Below, in pieces: positions 62,266-64,000 of a stretch of DNA of 64,000 nt (positions are counted from its first letter, which is position 1; each line of letters starts with the position of its first letter). The notes beneath the pieces were generated by a model. The model saw only the letters and a list, made by a program, of their open reading frames with translations, did not search any database and was not told the DNA's origin. A program made the position numbers and the translations under genes. Source of the DNA: Azolla caroliniana (Eukaryota > Plantae > Polypodiophyta); NCBI GenBank assembly GCA_043228905.1, contig JBHGNT010000007.1:8990001-9054000 (forward strand). The letters run 5' to 3'.

Positions 62266-62972
62266 AGGTTGGACTGGTTTTCTCCGTCCCAACTCAATTT
62301 GGCGCATGCCGGTGGATGCGCGGTTAGGTGGGGGCGGATGTCGTGAAGAAAACCGTCCACAAGCGGAATCGGTGCGCCGGAGCATAGGAACTGGCTCTTC
62401 ATGCACGTGCACCTTGTGTTGTACATAGGAGAGAATTAGGGACATGGGAGATCCTAGGTAGGTAGATTCGGTTGGTAGGAAGTTAATAGGAAACGGCTCC
62501 TTCCTTGCCTATAAAAGGAGGGAGACGAGGAGGGGAGAGGGATCGCGAAGTAAGAGAGGCCGAAGTGCTATCGGATTGTGGGCCGAAGGCTTCTCTCTCT
62601 TCCAAACTCCATAGCTTCTTCTGTACAGGTTTCGGGAGGCTCGCGCTGCTCTGAGGAATGCTCGAGTGCTTCCGATAGCACCTCCAACCTACTCCTTTCT
62701 TTCTGTGCGTTTACGAACAGGCATCGGCATCTGTTCGCCGGCCTGTTCGGTTGTAACCGACTTCGTGTTCTTGTTGTTTGTCTTTGTTAATACATACATA
62801 CATTCGTGTCTCTCTGTGTCGCTGTCCCACTCGCGTCTTTGTGTCGAAGGGCCGTGTCCCTGTGAATCTACGCTCGCACGTAGTGGGTCTCTTCTCCTTT
62901 CTCTCTTGCTCTTCGGTACAGGACCCCCGAGGTCCCGCCTCATTCCACGCATCCGCGAGGAATACCTCGACA

Positions 62973-63537
62973 ACGTCGGATTCAATCTGATCAGATGCTC
63001 CGGCCTTTGTGCCGTATTCCAGCATCTTCATCTTCCCCTTCTCCTTTCGCATAAATCGTCTCCTCGGTTTTAGGCACAGGAATTGCACAACCGAGTCTCC
63101 ACTACTCGCTAACTCCTCATCTGATTGGTCATTCCGACTCAGTCTCTCATTCGACCCACTTAGCCAGAATGAGATCAGACTCTCTTCTAGAGTTCCAATG
63201 TTTTCTTTATCCAGGGGATTGACCTCGCTGGCCTCATCTTCAAAATTCGGAATGGAGTCGATGGGGGCTGGAGGTGGAGGCAAGTACCATGAAGCCGACT
63301 CGTCGAATACGACATCTCGGCTGACTCAGACCTGTTTTGATCGGGGGTTATAATGCTTATAACCCTTTTGCTCGCTTGAGTAGCCAACCAAGATATAGTT
63401 ATTGGCGTTGGCATCTAATTTCCACCGCTTCTCCTTCAACACACATACATATGCTATGTTGCCGAACACCCTCAAGTGTGCCAAGTTCGGCTTCTTTCTG
63501 AAGTACAACTCATGTGGCGACACTTTTCCTCTAGTTG
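62973..63537 (-). pseudogene. Old host copia, integrase C-terminal segment
   Basis: HLRVFGNIAYV...GYSSEQKGYK...SRDVVFDE. Closely similar to 23700-24230. Confidence 0.88.
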
Positions 63538-63539
63538 CA

Positions 63540-64000
63540 GATGTCCGAAGTTGAAGGTACAAAGCTTTGTAAGGATGTTGATAATTTCTCTCATGCCTTG
63601 GTGAATAGTCATGATCGTAATGGTTATGATTGTCCCTCCTGTACTAATCTTGACAGTCATCTTCCTGTTGGTAATCATTGTAACGATCATCTCATCAATA
63701 ATCATCCCGCCGATTCCAATCCAAGCAATAATGATCATTGTATCTTGGCCGATAATCGTCCCAGAACCGATGCGCCTGCCGATTTCTGTCATCTTGGCGG
63801 TCATCATGAGGTTGTATCTGTCTTACTGGTGCCGCGACTTTGTTTAGCATATTATATTCACACTGGTCAATCGTATGTGCCTTTGAATGACAGATCAGAA
63901 AATGTGTGCGTAATGTGCATTCCATTCTAGAATGCCCCGGATTAAGACATGTTGTGCATTAAATTGCCTATCAAAACCTTAATTCTTCCGACGTCAGTAA
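63540..64000 (-). pseudogene. gag-like fragment with a CCHC knuckle, running off the window
   Basis: CTTCLNPGHSRMEC followed by a degenerate second knuckle and an R/D/N-rich tail. Confidence 0.55.

Larger units (their letters stand above)
43227..62972 (+). mobile_element. Ty3/gypsy, tRNA-Trp primed, GC-rich, with two nested insertions
   Basis: 634-bp LTRs 43227-43860 and 62339-62972. PBS at 43864-43880. PPT at 62326-62338. TSD acgt/acgt. gag-PR split into 43904-43961, 49188-50310 and 57862-58798. Confidence 0.96.

Overview
A gene-free, densely nested transposon cluster from a eukaryotic genome. The element mix (Met-primed copia, Trp-primed fungal-like Ty3/gypsy, RTE-X-like LINE, Sola-like DNA transposon) suggests a non-seed land plant such as a fern, lycophyte or bryophyte; that assignment is inference. 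Most element boundaries resolve from LTR pairs, PBS/PPT and target-site duplications (TSDs). The window holds four two-LTR copia elements (2902-8455, 20906-26763, 33961-39429, 43962-49187), an older copia split into four pieces (20820-63537), three tRNA-Trp-primed gypsy elements (30419-40847 non-autonomous, 43227-62972, and an apparently intact one at 50311-57861), an Arg-primed LTR element (27931-42551), a LINE (about 9051-14070) and a TIR transposon (14207-20800). Four observations stand out. (1) The TIR transposon carries a spliced Sola2-like transposase remnant plus a convergent spliced coiled-coil/RING-H2 gene and large arrays of the palindrome TAGCTAATTAGCTA; the same core is arrayed in the LTRs of an unrelated copia. 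(2) The LTRs of the intact gypsy each contain three tRNA-like Pol III A/B-box modules. (3) The Trp-primed gypsy family has a conserved GGAUUUU plus hairpin -1 frameshift signal located after the protease. (4) That family's three insertions all have CpG-centred 4-bp TSDs (ACGT, ACGT, ACGG).
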